Notes under the pieces: model-generated | Seen by the model: only the letters and a program-made list of their open reading frames with translations | Told to the model about the DNA's origin: nothing | Database searches by the model: none | Assembly (NCBI GenBank): GCA_036172245.1 | Contig: JAYWIR010000016.1 | Coordinates: forward strand, 2,294,001 to 2,358,000 | Reading direction: 5' to 3' | DNA length: 64,000 nt | DNA from: Raillietiella orientalis | Lineage: Eukaryota | Program-made: the position numbers and the translations under genes | In this document: in pieces, positions 11,995 through 25,400 of the stretch | How positions within the stretch are numbered: the stretch's first letter is position 1 | How the letters are laid out: every line of letters starts with the position of its first letter

Positions 11995-14900
11995 CTTTCC
12001 CGAGGGCAGCATCGGGCATATCCTGGACGCCTCGGACGCTCCAACGCTCTGCGCCTTCGCCCGTTGCCTTGTCCCACCACGGGTGGATGGCGGTTGCTCT
12101 TTTCCTCCTCCCACCGCGGCCCGGTGCACCTTTTCTGCCCCTGGAACCTGCCTAGAACATCTCATCCTCCCCCCTCCTTCCTATCCCGCAGCTCCAGATG
12201 CCTCTCGAGAACACGATGCAATTCTCAAGGACCCCTTACTCAAGAATCCTTGGGCTCCCACAGGCTGCGCGTAGCCGTGACAACTCCAGACTGCGCGCGC
12301 GCGCTCCGGAGGTGCGGTACTTTACGGATCCGCAAGCCCGCCCCGGAGGCGACTTTCTGCCCCACAGGCAGAGAGCAGTAGCCTTCTCCGCTCTACCTTC
12401 TTCTAGCCCTCCGAGGTTCACCGCCACCTTCCGCTTTCGAGAGTTCCGACGTATCTCCTTCCGGTAGCAAGTGCCAAACAAAAAGATGGGGGGGGGGGGG
12501 GAGTGGAAAGTCCGCCAAGGAAGGCATGGCAATCCACAAGGAGGGGGACGGGCGTCCTCCAGCATCCAGAATTTCTCCTCCCGGAGCTCTCGCCTCACCG
12601 AGAAGCATCTTGAGGAGGCGCCGCGCTCGTCCGCTGGCCGCCGATGGCTGCGGGCGCCCGAACACACAGGTGGCGTCCGGGTGCGGGAAGGGGCCAGGAA
12701 GACCACTTCGGGCCCAAGCTCCCTCCAGTCCCTTGGCGGAGCTTCCGAAGTCGCCGTGCCTCTGCGGAGAGGGAAGAAGCTCCACGACTGAAGGTTCTCC
12801 GCATGCTTCCGGACGGGCGGCCGCCCTCTCCTCGAGAGGCGGAGGGGGCCTCCGCTGGCTGCCCGAATGTCTCCGAAGGGAGCCGGCCTTTGCTGCATCT
12901 CCGTTGTAGTGCCAGGTCCGGGATGGAGTCTCACCTATCCGACGGAGTGGGGGCACACGAGTGCCGGGTACTCCCTCCCTCCTCCTCCCCCAAAACGATC
13001 GTGAGATGCCTTTCTACCTGGTGCAGATCAAAATCCCGAATGATCAAAATTCCAAAGGATCATGAGAAATAACTTTGCGTGTTTATTAATACACACGCTT
13101 GTCTTATTAAAAAGATCATTAAAAATAAATACACACGCTTGTCGTGTACATCAATACACATATTTGTATGTAGATTCTCATGCAAAATTTATTTTAAGAT
13201 ACATATTTATTCCTATTTATTAACGTACATATTATTAATACGAATTCTATTTTAGCATGATATGTCCTTAGGCCTTTGGATGCGGATCTCATCAGATTTA
13301 AATGTTCTGCGTTGACGGCACGCGAGTCGCAGTGGCGACTTCTGTGGACGGAACTCTTTTTTCTTCGCGTGCCGCGTGCTCCATCGAGGTACCGACTGAT
13401 AAAAGTGCTGATAAAAGATGGGGGGGGGGGTCCAGTGGGCACACTCTTTTTGGTGTGCTCGCAAGCGAATTCAATGTAGTGCACCGAAAAGTGCTGAAAG
13501 TAAATCACCAATCTTCACCCAACCTCCAGACGACACGTGCTGGAGTGCTCATCGCATCGGCGCCGAGTGCATTTGTAACTATTTATTTACACCATGTGTA
13601 ATAAAATGTTTTCGTTTTTCCTAAGCATATTTTATTTATTTAAAAATTACAATCATAATTCCAATAAAATCAATAATTCATTCGGGTGTGGTACCATATC
13701 GTAAATCATATACGATACAGCTATAATATTTCTCGGTTTTTCAAAGAGGTGACTCTGAGAACCCGAGAACTGTTAGCCGTTATAAATAGAATTTTGTTTA
13801 CTGCCGTTGCTACGGTAATTATAAAGACATGAGTATATGTTCCCATCTCAAACATTGATAATGTTATATCGCGTGGTGCAAGGTGAAAACATTTGCCAAG
13901 CGCGTGGATGTGTCCATCGTCCACGCTGATGATTTTCGCCGAACTCATAAATGCGTTCACTGAGCACGCTGATAGTCTTCGTCGGATGCATGGCACTCAA
14001 AGGGTTAATGATACTGACGTGAAAGGATGCGTACATTTATTTTTGTAGGATTTATAATATGAATGCGAGTTACTATGTGTACTAGGCATGTGCATGTGTT
14101 TTCAATGGTCCTTCGGGATCCGGGACTTCGGATCAGATCCCTTTCTGCCATATCTTTTGATTCCCCTCCCACCTTGGCGATGCTGCTGCATCTTGGGCGT
14201 GTTAGCATCACGGCGCGGCAACCACCAATGAGAGGAGGAGGACGCCTCCTCCGCTTCCTCCCTCAGAGGCCGTCTTGCCCCGCCCGCGGATGGGGCTCCC
14301 CGCCGAACGGCTGTCATCGGGCAGCGTGTGACGTGGGGCTGCGTGCTGCGCTCACGCTGCGTGCTCCGGCCACACATGCCGTACATTACATTACATGACA
14401 TGTCTGTCTGCACGCGCTGCAGGGCGTGCTTTCGGGATGCTGGACGTCGTGGAGCGATCAGCGAAGGAACCGAAGCCGACTGTGCGGTGCGTGGAATGCT
14501 GAGGCTGGGCAGCGAGGGACGAGATGACGGCAGTGCGTACCGCCTGGCACGGGTTCGTTCCTACCTCCGCCCGCGACCTCGTGGCAGACGGAAGGGCGAA
14601 GTCTCCATAGAGACGCGGCGTCGCTCGGCAGAGGTCCGGGGCGTTACCCCTTCGTGCCACCGCATCCCTCACGCGTTAGGTCCGGCGAACGGGCACCCGC
14701 AGGTCGCGCCCGGACGAGATGCCCCCTGGTCTCCAAGCCGGAGCAGCCAGAGGCGCTACCCAAAGGCAGGGAGGCCTCCTCCTCCGCACGGCCACCGAAC
14801 GCTGAAACGCGGCCGGTCGATGGGCGCGGTGGCCGCCTAGCGGCGCGCGCGCGCACTGCAAGCGGCGTCTTGCCGCACGCCGAACCGCGGCGCGAAACGT

Positions 14901-17900
14901 CACGTTGCCGCCCGCGCGAGAACGGGGCCGGCGTGCTATGTGCCCACCCCCCTTTCCTCTCCCCCCGCCCTAGAAGGGTGCAGAGAACATCCACTCTCCC
15001 CCTCCCATCCACCCCCAAGTCGCCTCGGCTACCCTCGATTGCATTTGTTCCTCCAGGAGTCGGAGGCTGGCGCGGCGCCCTCGCGCCGCCCCACTATGCA
15101 CCCCTCTTTCCCATCCCTACTTTAGAGTCGCCACACCCCCTGGCGCCCGCCAGCAAAATAGACGACTTGTGAGGGATTCAGGAGAGTGCCACCCTGTTCT
15201 CCGAGAAAAGCGCGTCTTCTGTCCCTTCCCCGAGGTTAACAAGGGAGGGGAACGGGCAGCACGTCGGTAGCTCCGGAAAACCTGCATCAGGGGCGGATCC
15301 TCTGTCAGAACCACGCACGGGAGGGAGCAGGAGCCACTTCGTGGACGGAGCCCTTCCCAGCCTTTCCTGGAACCGCCTGCCACCGAGGGCAGGTGGCAGC
15401 TGTCGGTGAAGCCGCGGGAGGCCCACCGGATGGATCGGCGCCAGGAACAGCTGGCTGTCCCCGCCCGCTCCCTCCCGTCCCGGACGAGCGTGTCTGTCCC
15501 TTTCCTCTCGAGCGCGCCCGTCCACGTGCCGGAAGGAACGCCCGCTCTTGGCTTCTGACTCCTTCCCTCTGCCTTCGGACGGACGGACGTGAGCTGCGGT
15601 CTGTCGAGCCCGACCGCAGCGCCTCTGCGGTGAGGCTCGGGAACCTCTGCCTCTGTTTCCCGCCTCTCTTTCCCCTGCCCCTCCGAGCACACGGGAATCC
15701 CTCCCCTCCTTCGTGGACCTCCGTCTAGTGGAGGTCGTGTCGATCGGATCCGGGGATCGGGGGGGGGGGGACGGAGAGCATCAGCGTCATCGCCTCCCCC
15801 ACCTCAGGTCATCCCATCCGAGCTTTCCCCTCCACCTCCCCCCAGGCTCTTGGAGGCATTTCCGGTGCTCCATCGAGCAGCTTCAGCAACAAAGGTCATG
15901 CAGGGGGTTGCGCGTCTTCTCCGGGTAATGCCTATTCGCTGCCCCTCCCCCTTCTTTCGCCTTCCCTACTGCCCTACACGAGCACCTGCCTCGCTCGATA
16001 CAAAAGTGGTGACCCGAGTCAGCCCTATGGGCAGGCGCGGGGACGAGCACACGAGGGTTCGGTCTCTGTCTTCTCCCTCTCCCCATCTCCCATTCTCCTC
16101 CTGGGGTGCGCAGCCATCCGACCCTTCGCTCCGCGCGCGGGCACCAGGCCTCCAGTCGTTCTCAGAGACGACGCACGGCGGCGCTGCTCGCCACACCCCG
16201 ACTTCCCGGGCACGCGCTCTCGTTCCCGAAGCTGCTGCGCCGGCTTTAACAGGGATGTCTTGGAGAGTGGCAGGCGTAGAAAGGGCGGCAAGGTGGGTGT
16301 AGCCTCTATGCACGTGAGCGTGCGCGCCTTTCATTTTCTCTCTCTCGTCGCGGCCTCAATCTCGGACCTGCTCGAAAGAGCAGAGACGGCACAAGGAACT
16401 GGCCGGGGGTCTATGGAGAATGAGAGTGGGGGATAGAACAGGGTAGAGAGCTGGAGGGCGAGCCGCCCCCTGTCATGCCGGCTCCGCTTCAAGATATCCC
16501 TGCTCCCGGGGTTCCCGACGTGGCACCTCGCCTCTGCACCTCTAGTGGCGTCCTCCTGCTTGAGGAGGAATGGGAGATCTGAGAAGCTCCCGGAAGTGAT
16601 CCCTGAGGGAAGGGGCTCCAACCTCGGGGCGCGTGAGGCCTCCACCGCAGGAGGTCCCTTTCCGCACTTAGGAGCGAGGGCAGTTGAGGTCGAGTCTCCA
16701 GAGACACCGACTGGGAGAACGGAGGGGGAAGGTAGGGGAAGGGGAGAGGAAAGAAGGAAGAGGCGCATGTCGCACACTGCCCCTTTTTCTCCTCAGGGCA
16801 ACCCTGCCATTCTGCAGACCAGAGGCCCTCGGTAGCCCTCGGAAGGGCGAGTGATCCCCTTCGCAGAGGTGGAAAGAGGTGCTGCGCTCCCGACGACTCG
16901 GGAACCCGTCCTGGGGATCAGGGATAGAAGGGGGGAAAGGCAGACGAGCAGACGGGTCCCGGGGGCCGCCGCGGATCTGCAGCGCCGTTCGTTGCCGAGC
17001 AACGGGGAGCTCCGGTATCGGCCAGACTTTCCCCCCGTCCCACTGCCATGGGAACGTCACTCGCCAGGGTGGCGCCTCTCCTCCAAGAAGCCGCTAACGC
17101 CGCCACCGGAATCGATCCTCCTCCTATTACTACTCTTCCCCGTCTCCTCGGAAACCGAGGAGGAGATCCGCTTGCCGGGGGCAGGGCTTCTGCACCTCTC
17201 CCCCGCCGTTGCTGCGCCGCCTACAGTTTCCGGGACGCCGTGAGTTCTTCCCGGAGAGGGACTTCGGGAGATTCCTTTTACCCGAGTTTTCCCCGAGTTT
17301 TCCTGGAGTCCTTCCGGGGGCTTTCCGGAATCGTTTCTCGTAAGGCTTACAACCCGCCTAGTGATTCTAGCGGCCCGTGTTCTCGGCCGTATTCCGGGGG
17401 CGAGGTCTCCCAGGCAACCGATGATCGTCCCACGGAAGGGCTCCTGGCAGAACGAAGGGTGGACTAGTGCGCGGGGAGTGGAAAGCTGTGCGCGCGTGGC
17501 CTCTCCTAGGAAATCCCGTTAGGCAGAGATCGCCCGCTCTCGGCCGCCTGCGCGATCAGCACCTCTCTCCCCCCTCTCCTTCCCGTCTGCTTCTCGTGTC
17601 TCCAGGGGGGTCGCTCCGCCCAAGGGACCCTCCCGGACCGGCTGCATCGGCCCGCGTCGCAGGTCAGGAGCGAGTTCCTTGGGCGGGAGGCGGGACGGAG
17701 GTCGGAGAACTCACAGGGTGCCCTCAAGGGGAGGAAAGAGTCGGTGGCAGTCCAGGGGCCGCTCAAGCTCGGGGGAATGGCGAGGCTGAAGCCTTTCTCG
17801 CGGCCTTTTGTTCTGCCCCCGTGACTGTCGGCAGCCTCGTCGCTTCCCCCCCTTCCGCACCAGACGGAGGTCTGGCAGTCTCCACGGGGAGCAACTCATG

Positions 17901-20900
17901 CCGAGGGTCCGCAGGATAGCCCTTGCCCGACAGAGAAGCAGCCGCCTCCGCGAGGGTCGTCCCCAAGGAGACGGGACGGCGGATGAGCTCGGATCGCTCG
18001 CCAGTCGTTCCCAAGAGACGGCGCGCTGCTCCATCCCGGAAGTTTCCTCCTCTCGGTCGGAGCATGGTGCTGATGGCGCCTCCCAGTGGGGGAGAGGAGA
18101 GGAGGAAGGAGACAACCGTGAGCGGTGCCGATGGGTGAGCTGACTCCTGCCACAGGGATGCTGGTCACCACCTGCGGAGGAAAATGGAGGCGTTCGAGAC
18201 TGCCCTGTTCCTTTGCACTCCCCCCGAGGAAGGTCGTCTGCCTGGCGACCACTGGTTGGCGGCGGCGGCCACCGCATGAAAGGAGGGTTCCGGTCGCCCT
18301 TTCCCGGTCCATCCCAGTCCCCTCCTCCTGCTGCCCGGTGCTCCACCACCTTCTCCGTGCCGTTGCGCCCCCGACCAACGCAGGAGGGGAGTGTGGGAGC
18401 AGCAGCCGTGGGCGATGCCAGGGCAAGGAGGTTGTCCTGATTCCTTCCCTCCTCCTTGCCTTCCTCCTCATCCTCCCTTGCTCTCAGTGCCCCCCTCCCG
18501 AGGTTTTCCCTTCAGAGTGTCCGTTCCGGGATGCAGGGACCACCGGGAGAACAAGCCTCCTGCCTCGGCCCTCCCTCCTGCTCCAGCATGAGGTAAAGGG
18601 GGAGGCCGGCGGAGGGTACGGGAAGGAGGGAACGCTGCGGACGCAGCGGCAGGGGAAGAGGCGACTGCAGCGCCGGACCCGAGAGCCGCCATTGGCACTG
18701 ACAACGCGCGCGCCTGCGCGGGAACCGGATTTCCGGCTTCGTGCGGCGGCGGCACCTTTCGGGCTGAGGGGGTCCCTGGCTCCAAGGGAGGGTTGCGTGT
18801 CTTGAACGCACGCACGTTCGCACACGCACGAAAAACTTGCGCACGCTCCCCTTTTTTTCCCAAAATAACGAGACCCTTCCCGCTCTGTGCTAACAAACAA
18901 CTTTATTCTGCATCTTCCGCCAGCGGCTTGCCCGGTCTTCCTCAGGCCCAAGGGACGGTGGAGCTCCTTCGGCTCTGCGTCCTCGACGGGAGGCGGACCC
19001 CTGCTTTCGGGGGGCGCGCGGGCGGTGCGACCTGGAATTCAGAACGAGTCAAAGGGCGGAGCGCATCGCTCTTGGTATGCGCTCACCCGCCCGCCAGCGG
19101 CGTTACGAGGCTTCCTCAGCCCTGGCCCGCCTCCCCCCGCTTGGCGCGCGTCACCGCCGGAGCATCCCTCTCCGGCGAGCGAAGGAGCGCCTTGTAGTTG
19201 AGTGCACCGCTTCGGGAAGATGGCGCGCGCTTCGTCTCGAGATGCCGCTCCTACCTTTGACAACGAGGTCTGTCCCTCCGTTCGCTGGAAGCTGGCGGAT
19301 CCTGGCAGCAGTGGCGTCAGCAGAGGCCTCCCACTTCATCCTCCTCCAGTGGGGGGGGGGGAGCAGGTCGCGCGAAAGCCTCCGTGCCTGCTGAGGGTCC
19401 AGCAGAATGCGTCCTAGCAATTGGCATTCACCGCGTGCCTTATGATTGCAAGAACATTAAGGCTAGCAGTGAACACGAATAGCATAGACTTTTGCTCCGG
19501 ACCGCACCTGCCCACCTTGGGCGGACTGAACGGAGCAGGAAAACACCGGAAAACCACCGCTACCACCACCACCATCTCCCCGGCAACGACACCAGCACAC
19601 GCACTTTGAGGAAGGGCCTGTCCGCGAATCTCGAGGAGCAAACACGACTCTCTGGAACGGGGAAGCTCGCAGAACACCGCGGTCGTCGTCGCCGCAACAC
19701 AGCAGCAGAGACGAGGCTGCGCCCTGACGACGCTCGGAAAATCTGGACTGCCGGGACGCGTGGGTCAGTCGCCGAGGTGCAGCTGGGAAACTCACCAGCC
19801 TGCGTGCCGAGCGCGCGCCTTCCCGACGATGTCCTCCTCCTTTCAGTGCGAGCGCAAATGAACGGCGGAGGAGCCGTTTCCAGAAACCACAAGCCTCACG
19901 CATCCCGGACAGCAGGGAACGGGAAGCCAACCCTCCATGCCGCGCTCGGCGAGGAGTGAGAACAGCCGATGTCTTTCACTTCGTCTCCGAAACGGCTAAA
20001 GTCGCCAACGACTCTTTTCCAAACAAACAAACGCACTGCTTCACTGTGGAAAATTCCAAAACACTTCAATGCTCCACACGAAACTCTTGCAGAATTGGCA
20101 CAACTCTCCCCCCCTCCCCCCATAAATATGGCTGTTACTCGTGGTGAACAGAGAACAGTTGGTTAACTGCTGTCCGGTCTATAAGACTACGGATCTGTCG
20201 CGCCCGGGCTTGGTATCCAAGCTGGTTCGGGCTTATGCGCCACTTTCAACACAAGGAAAACGTTGGCATCAGGCCTCCCAGATTCATTCGAGACTGGGAA
20301 TCGTTTCCATGGTTACGGAAGCAGAGCAATATCGATTTAAACAGCTGGGGTAGAAAACTTGTGTCAGAAATATATTCTTACAACATTGAATAGAAAGAAT
20401 ACTTTCTATAGTTATCGTTTCTAAAAATTCAAAACAGGCAGCAAAGGGAAAAAAAAAAAAAAAAAATCGACTGTCAAGTTTGTCACCATTCCTCTTACAG
20501 CAAAACACTGGATATAGTTTAAAATCTATGGATATATGGATATTTCATGAATCGCACCAGTTTTTTTTTTTTTTTTTTTTTATAGAGGCAAAAGATGAAT
20601 CGCGAACATTATTTACTAAAATATGGAGTGGTACACTCCAGGTCAGCTTCTAAACACGGTCAAATAGGTAGTCTACGTGACAGTCGATTCATCTGTTGAG
20701 TTTTGCAACTTTGCGAGTCTTTCAAACGCTTGTACACGCGACTTTATTAGGCGAATCGTTTTTTCTCTCGTATACTTATATCTTTTCTATAGTATCCATC
20801 GTGATTTACTCATTTCTATAAAATGGAATCCTTCGTTATTTATTCGATTTTTTTTTCCCGAAGGTGCAACATGCTGGCGGACAGAAACACATCAGCTACT

Positions 20901-22436
20901 TCCTGCACTGGAACAAGGAGAAAGGAAAGAAAAAAAAAAAAAAAATCAAAGCATCCTCTGCGCTTCCCCGGATCATCTGATGGAACCCTTGCATCCAGGC
21001 AACGGTGGCGGGGATCGTTATGCTGCTGCATCCCTTTTGCTCTAGACGTGAAAGTGGATGTCGGCGTCTTAACTTTGGTCAGTTAGACCAGAGAAATGAG
21101 CCATACCTGATGCGGCTTCTGGAAACCCTAAAAGGGAAAATCACCGCTGAATGTTTCAGTTTCCCGGGAAACCATCGAGATCAGGAAAACGCCGCATCCA
21201 GACAAGAACGGGGCCTTTTCAAATCAAACAAATGAATCACTTCGTCATTTTCGATGCAGTCATCAAGAGTTATGCATTGAGAACAAAGTTTGGAAAAGCA
21301 AAATGCTGACTTACTGAATTATTTGACAGAGGGATGCTGCTGCAGATTATTTATTTCGCTCGAACTCGGATGGAGACGCAAACTTCGGCAATGTACGAAA
21401 AGGAATGCTTCACTAGTTGTATCTTACACCAGCAATTCCAAAGGGGAACCTTTCCTCCTTTCCTTTTTCCTCTTTGGAAGAAAGAAGGAACTTGGTGCCG
21501 ATTCCCGCCTTTCCATAGACTTTGTGATGAGGCGAGGAGTTTGCTCTCGGAGCCGCGCCATTTCGCTCGCGATTCTAAAGGGGAGCTTTGAACGCCTTAT
21601 TCCGCCACATAGTGTAAACTGGATCACGTCACCATGACTACCCGCCTCGTCGATAGATGCACGCCGACGGAAGGGCACGGCTACCAAACACGATGTTCAC
21701 AACCGCCCTGGCATTTCTATTTGCCCTGCGACACGTTATTATACGTAGCCGATCGCGGCTGCTGCACATGCACGCCCCCGGGCCTGGGCGAAACGGGGAA
21801 TTGAAAAAAAAAGAAGAAAAAACCTCTCCACCCCTTCCCTTGCTCCCTGTCCTTCCTCTGATGATGTCGATTTGTCACCAGCTGTGTCCCCTGTGGTCAC
21901 CGGTAGTAGGCTCAAAGTAAGGAGAAGGCGAACCCGAGGACTGCTGGGAGAAAACGGTTATCGACTGGAGCTAGCCAGCAGTTCCAGGAAAAAGCGAAAG
22001 GAGCCCGAATCCCTGCGTGATCGAATCACAGTTTCCTCTCGTGTGGAGGGAGAAGGCAAAGCCCTCCCTGTCGGGCAGCAGCGAGACCCAGTCCACTCCT
22101 GGTCCGAACGCTGCACGGAGACAGCGCTGGAGGGGGCTCGAATCGTGGAGTCTTCGGAGAACCACGCTTTGGCGGCAGCGCTCTTCCGAGGAGTTTCTCT
22201 CTCCGACCCGCAGAGGTGCGCTGCCGGCGCCGCATTGTTGCTGGGAACTCTGGGAAGCCGCGCGCCATGATTGCCACTTCCGACTGATAGAATCCAAAAA
22301 ATCCGGAAAATGGCTTTCTTGAACGATACCCACAGCCTCTCGCCACCACCCCCTTCTCGGTTCTAATTCGATCCACGCCTCGCTAACTCTTCTGATGATC
22401 CTTAAATGCAAACATCGATTGGTGTCTCCCTGGAAA

Positions 22437-22490
22437 GTGTGTGTGTGTGTGTGTATGTGTGTGCGTGTGCGTGCGTGCGTGCGTGCGTGC
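22437..22490. repeat. Compound (GT)n(GCGT)n microsatellite
   Basis: Directly visible in the sequence. Confidence 0.85.
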
Positions 22491-25400
22491 CTTAAGCACT
22501 TTGCTTGTTTTTTTTTTTTATTTGTGTCTTCCGATTTTGTTGCTTGAAAGCGGTTGAAGAAGGAAAAAAAAAAAACAAAAACAAAGCAAAACAAAGAACA
22601 CTTCCAGCCCTCGCCTCGTTAAATTCCTGTTAAATAACTCGTTAAATATGTTAGCAAGTTTCGTGAATATGGAAACAAAAGGGTTAGAGGGGAGATTTCA
22701 ACGGAGGTAAGGGAACGGTGCTATCCATGTTTTGTTTCCTCTTTTTTTTCTTCTTCTTCATTTTTTTGTCTTTCCTTTGGAGCATCTCATCTCAGAAATA
22801 TCCGAAGGAACGGGATCCCGTTGTCGAACAAGGGAAGAAGCCCCCACGCTCTTGGATCACTGTTTCCACTCCACCAGTGTCTTTTATCCCAAAGCTGCTC
22901 CGCACGATTTGAATCGCTGTCCGCAAAAGATGAGCGATGACTCTTTGTATTAATGAGAGCCTGTACGCCTGAAGCTCTTTTTGTCTTTGATGAAATATGG
23001 AGCCTCCCTACGCCAGAACGAAACGCGTCCCCAGGATCCCCTTTCATCGATCGGCTTGAGCTCTAATCGATTTGCCGAATGGACTGGGTGCCGAGTGAGC
23101 ACGCGTTCGGGTTGCGGATGCCATCGGGGATCGAATTATCGGCTCCGGAGGCAGGAGCGTTCGGTGGGGTGAAGGGATGCTCACGGTGATCCGACAGACC
23201 TGCGTGGAAACGCTCGGTTGTTCTCGCGTGTGCTCGCTCGGGAAACGTCCCAGCTCTTCCTCGGCTCTTTTGTCTCGCGGATGAGACACGCGGATGGCTA
23301 CCGATGAGAGCCGCGGTTCAGGGCAGGAGCGGCGCCGTCCTCCCGGTTTGCACCGGGAGGGTGCACGCTCGGGGAGAGAAGGGCGGGGAACGGAACGCGT
23401 GCACGCCGAGACAAACACAGCGGGCCCCAGCATTCGTCGGTGGTATGGCTCGAGCCGACCACCTGGTTCGCCACGCCCAAAGCCCCGCCCAGCCACCAGC
23501 AGCGACTGATCTCTCTCCTTCTAAATAGACTGTTCATCCTCGCGAGCGCACTTTCAGGAACGCAGGACTAAGGAATGCACTTACAGAAACGGTGGGAGCA
23601 TCGGCACCGCCCACGCGGTGGGATCCTCCGGCGAGCTCGCGTCCCAGCTTCCGGAAACCAGGAACCCGGCTGTGCGTGTCGAACTCCGATCGCTTCGCCA
23701 AACGCTACGTGTGCTCAGCTCCGAGGGGAGCTCGCGTCTTCTCCAAAGACGTGTGTGTAACTTTGCGAGAAGCCGCGTGAGGGCACCGTTGCTCCGAAGT
23801 CTCGTCCTCGGGTCCTGGGGCTCGGTGCGCGCAGTAGATCGGGCTCCGCGACCAGGTTTGGCACTCGCGCTTCCCTTTCGTGGAACTGCCGTCCTGGGGC
23901 CCAGAGCAAGGAAGCCATCGTCCAGCAGCCTCTCCAAGTGTTCCAGCACCACGTACCCACCACCTCCAGCTCCATAGGAACTCGAAAGCACGTCTTGCCG
24001 TGCACATCTACGAGCATTCTCAAATAAGTGCGCATGCGCACGAGCCAATGCATACGAACCTATACACCTTGTGTTTATTCTCCACTGCAAATGAGTGTAC
24101 TCATTATACAGAGTGAACGATCCAAAACCAGGTCCTTCCCCGAGCCTCTGGGCTTCGAAATGCCCAGAGGCTGTCAAAGCCTCTCGCTCTGCATGGTACA
24201 GCGCCATGTTGACGAAACACTGCATGCTATATGCAGCTGGTCTCCGAGGCTACGGATACACGATGTACCTGATGTACTCGCTGAATGGAAGCGTGCGTTC
24301 ATGTTTACATAAAATTTTGCTTTCCCAGGTACACACGTATGCACGTGTGGAAAGGGAAGCGTGTGTGTGAGGACGCGGGACACGGGCGTCCTTCTGCACG
24401 CGAGCGAGCGACGTCTCCGGGAAATGGGTGGGCCTCCTCCGCGGCACGGACCGAAAGCACGTGCTTGGGCCTGAAACGGGGGGCGATCGCGTCGGATACG
24501 AGGACGCGGGCCGGCTCTGCCTTCCTGGACCCTTTGCCTTCCGTTTGGCACCATCCCCATCGATTCACGACCGGTAGATTGGCAGGGAATCGTGGGGATT
24601 AGCGCCTTGCTCGGGCCCTCTACCCCGAGTCCGTCATCTTGAAAGGATTCGGATGCCTGGAGACAGACTGGGATGCAGCAGTGGGAGATCTCAGAGCTGA
24701 GAACAGCTGGGAGGGGCGGAGGGAGGAAAGGAAGTTGAGAATCTCTGCGGAGACCCGAAGGAGATCAGAGCTGATGGTAACCGTGGACCCCACGAATTTC
24801 GAGATGCGGAGGACCGAAGGGCTGGAACGTGCGAAGTTTCGCTGGAAGCGGACTGTCGGGAGGAGACGGGGAGAAGACGCGGCTTCGCTTCCTGCAGGAA
24901 GGACGGATGTGCCGCTGTTCATCAAAGCAAACAGCCCCGCCTCATGGAGATCGCCCAAGCTGTAAAGTCCGCGAGCGAATGCTTCCCGGAGGCGTGTTCA
25001 GGAGCATCCCTGACGACGCCTCCTATCCAGAAGGCCCGCACAGTGAGAACGTCAAAAGAGCGGAAGGGGGGAAGTCCAAGCAGGAAAGATGAACCGACGC
25101 AACATCCGCGAAGAGATGGTGTGGAAAAGGAGCCGGAAGAGCGCTTTGGAATCCGGCTTCGTGTTCCCGAACGGATCAGGACCGAGGTCGCTGGTTCGTC
25201 GGTGGCGGCGCCGTTGCGTTGGAAACCACGCTGCGAAGAGTCGTTCCGCGTATTGAGAGAACGGGATGGATCGGTCCCTCGCCGCCCTCATCATCAGAGC
25301 GCACTATGAAAAATTTCCTTGCGCACGAGGCGGGCAAAGAAAAAGAGGAAGACAGCAGCCGAGAAAGAGGGGGACAGAGGAAGGGATACGCATCCGATTT

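Noticed and set aside
10545..12155. 536-aa plus-strand ORF
   Set aside because: Low-complexity P/R/G/S translation of GC-rich DNA, non-ATG start and no domain; stop codons are rare at this composition.
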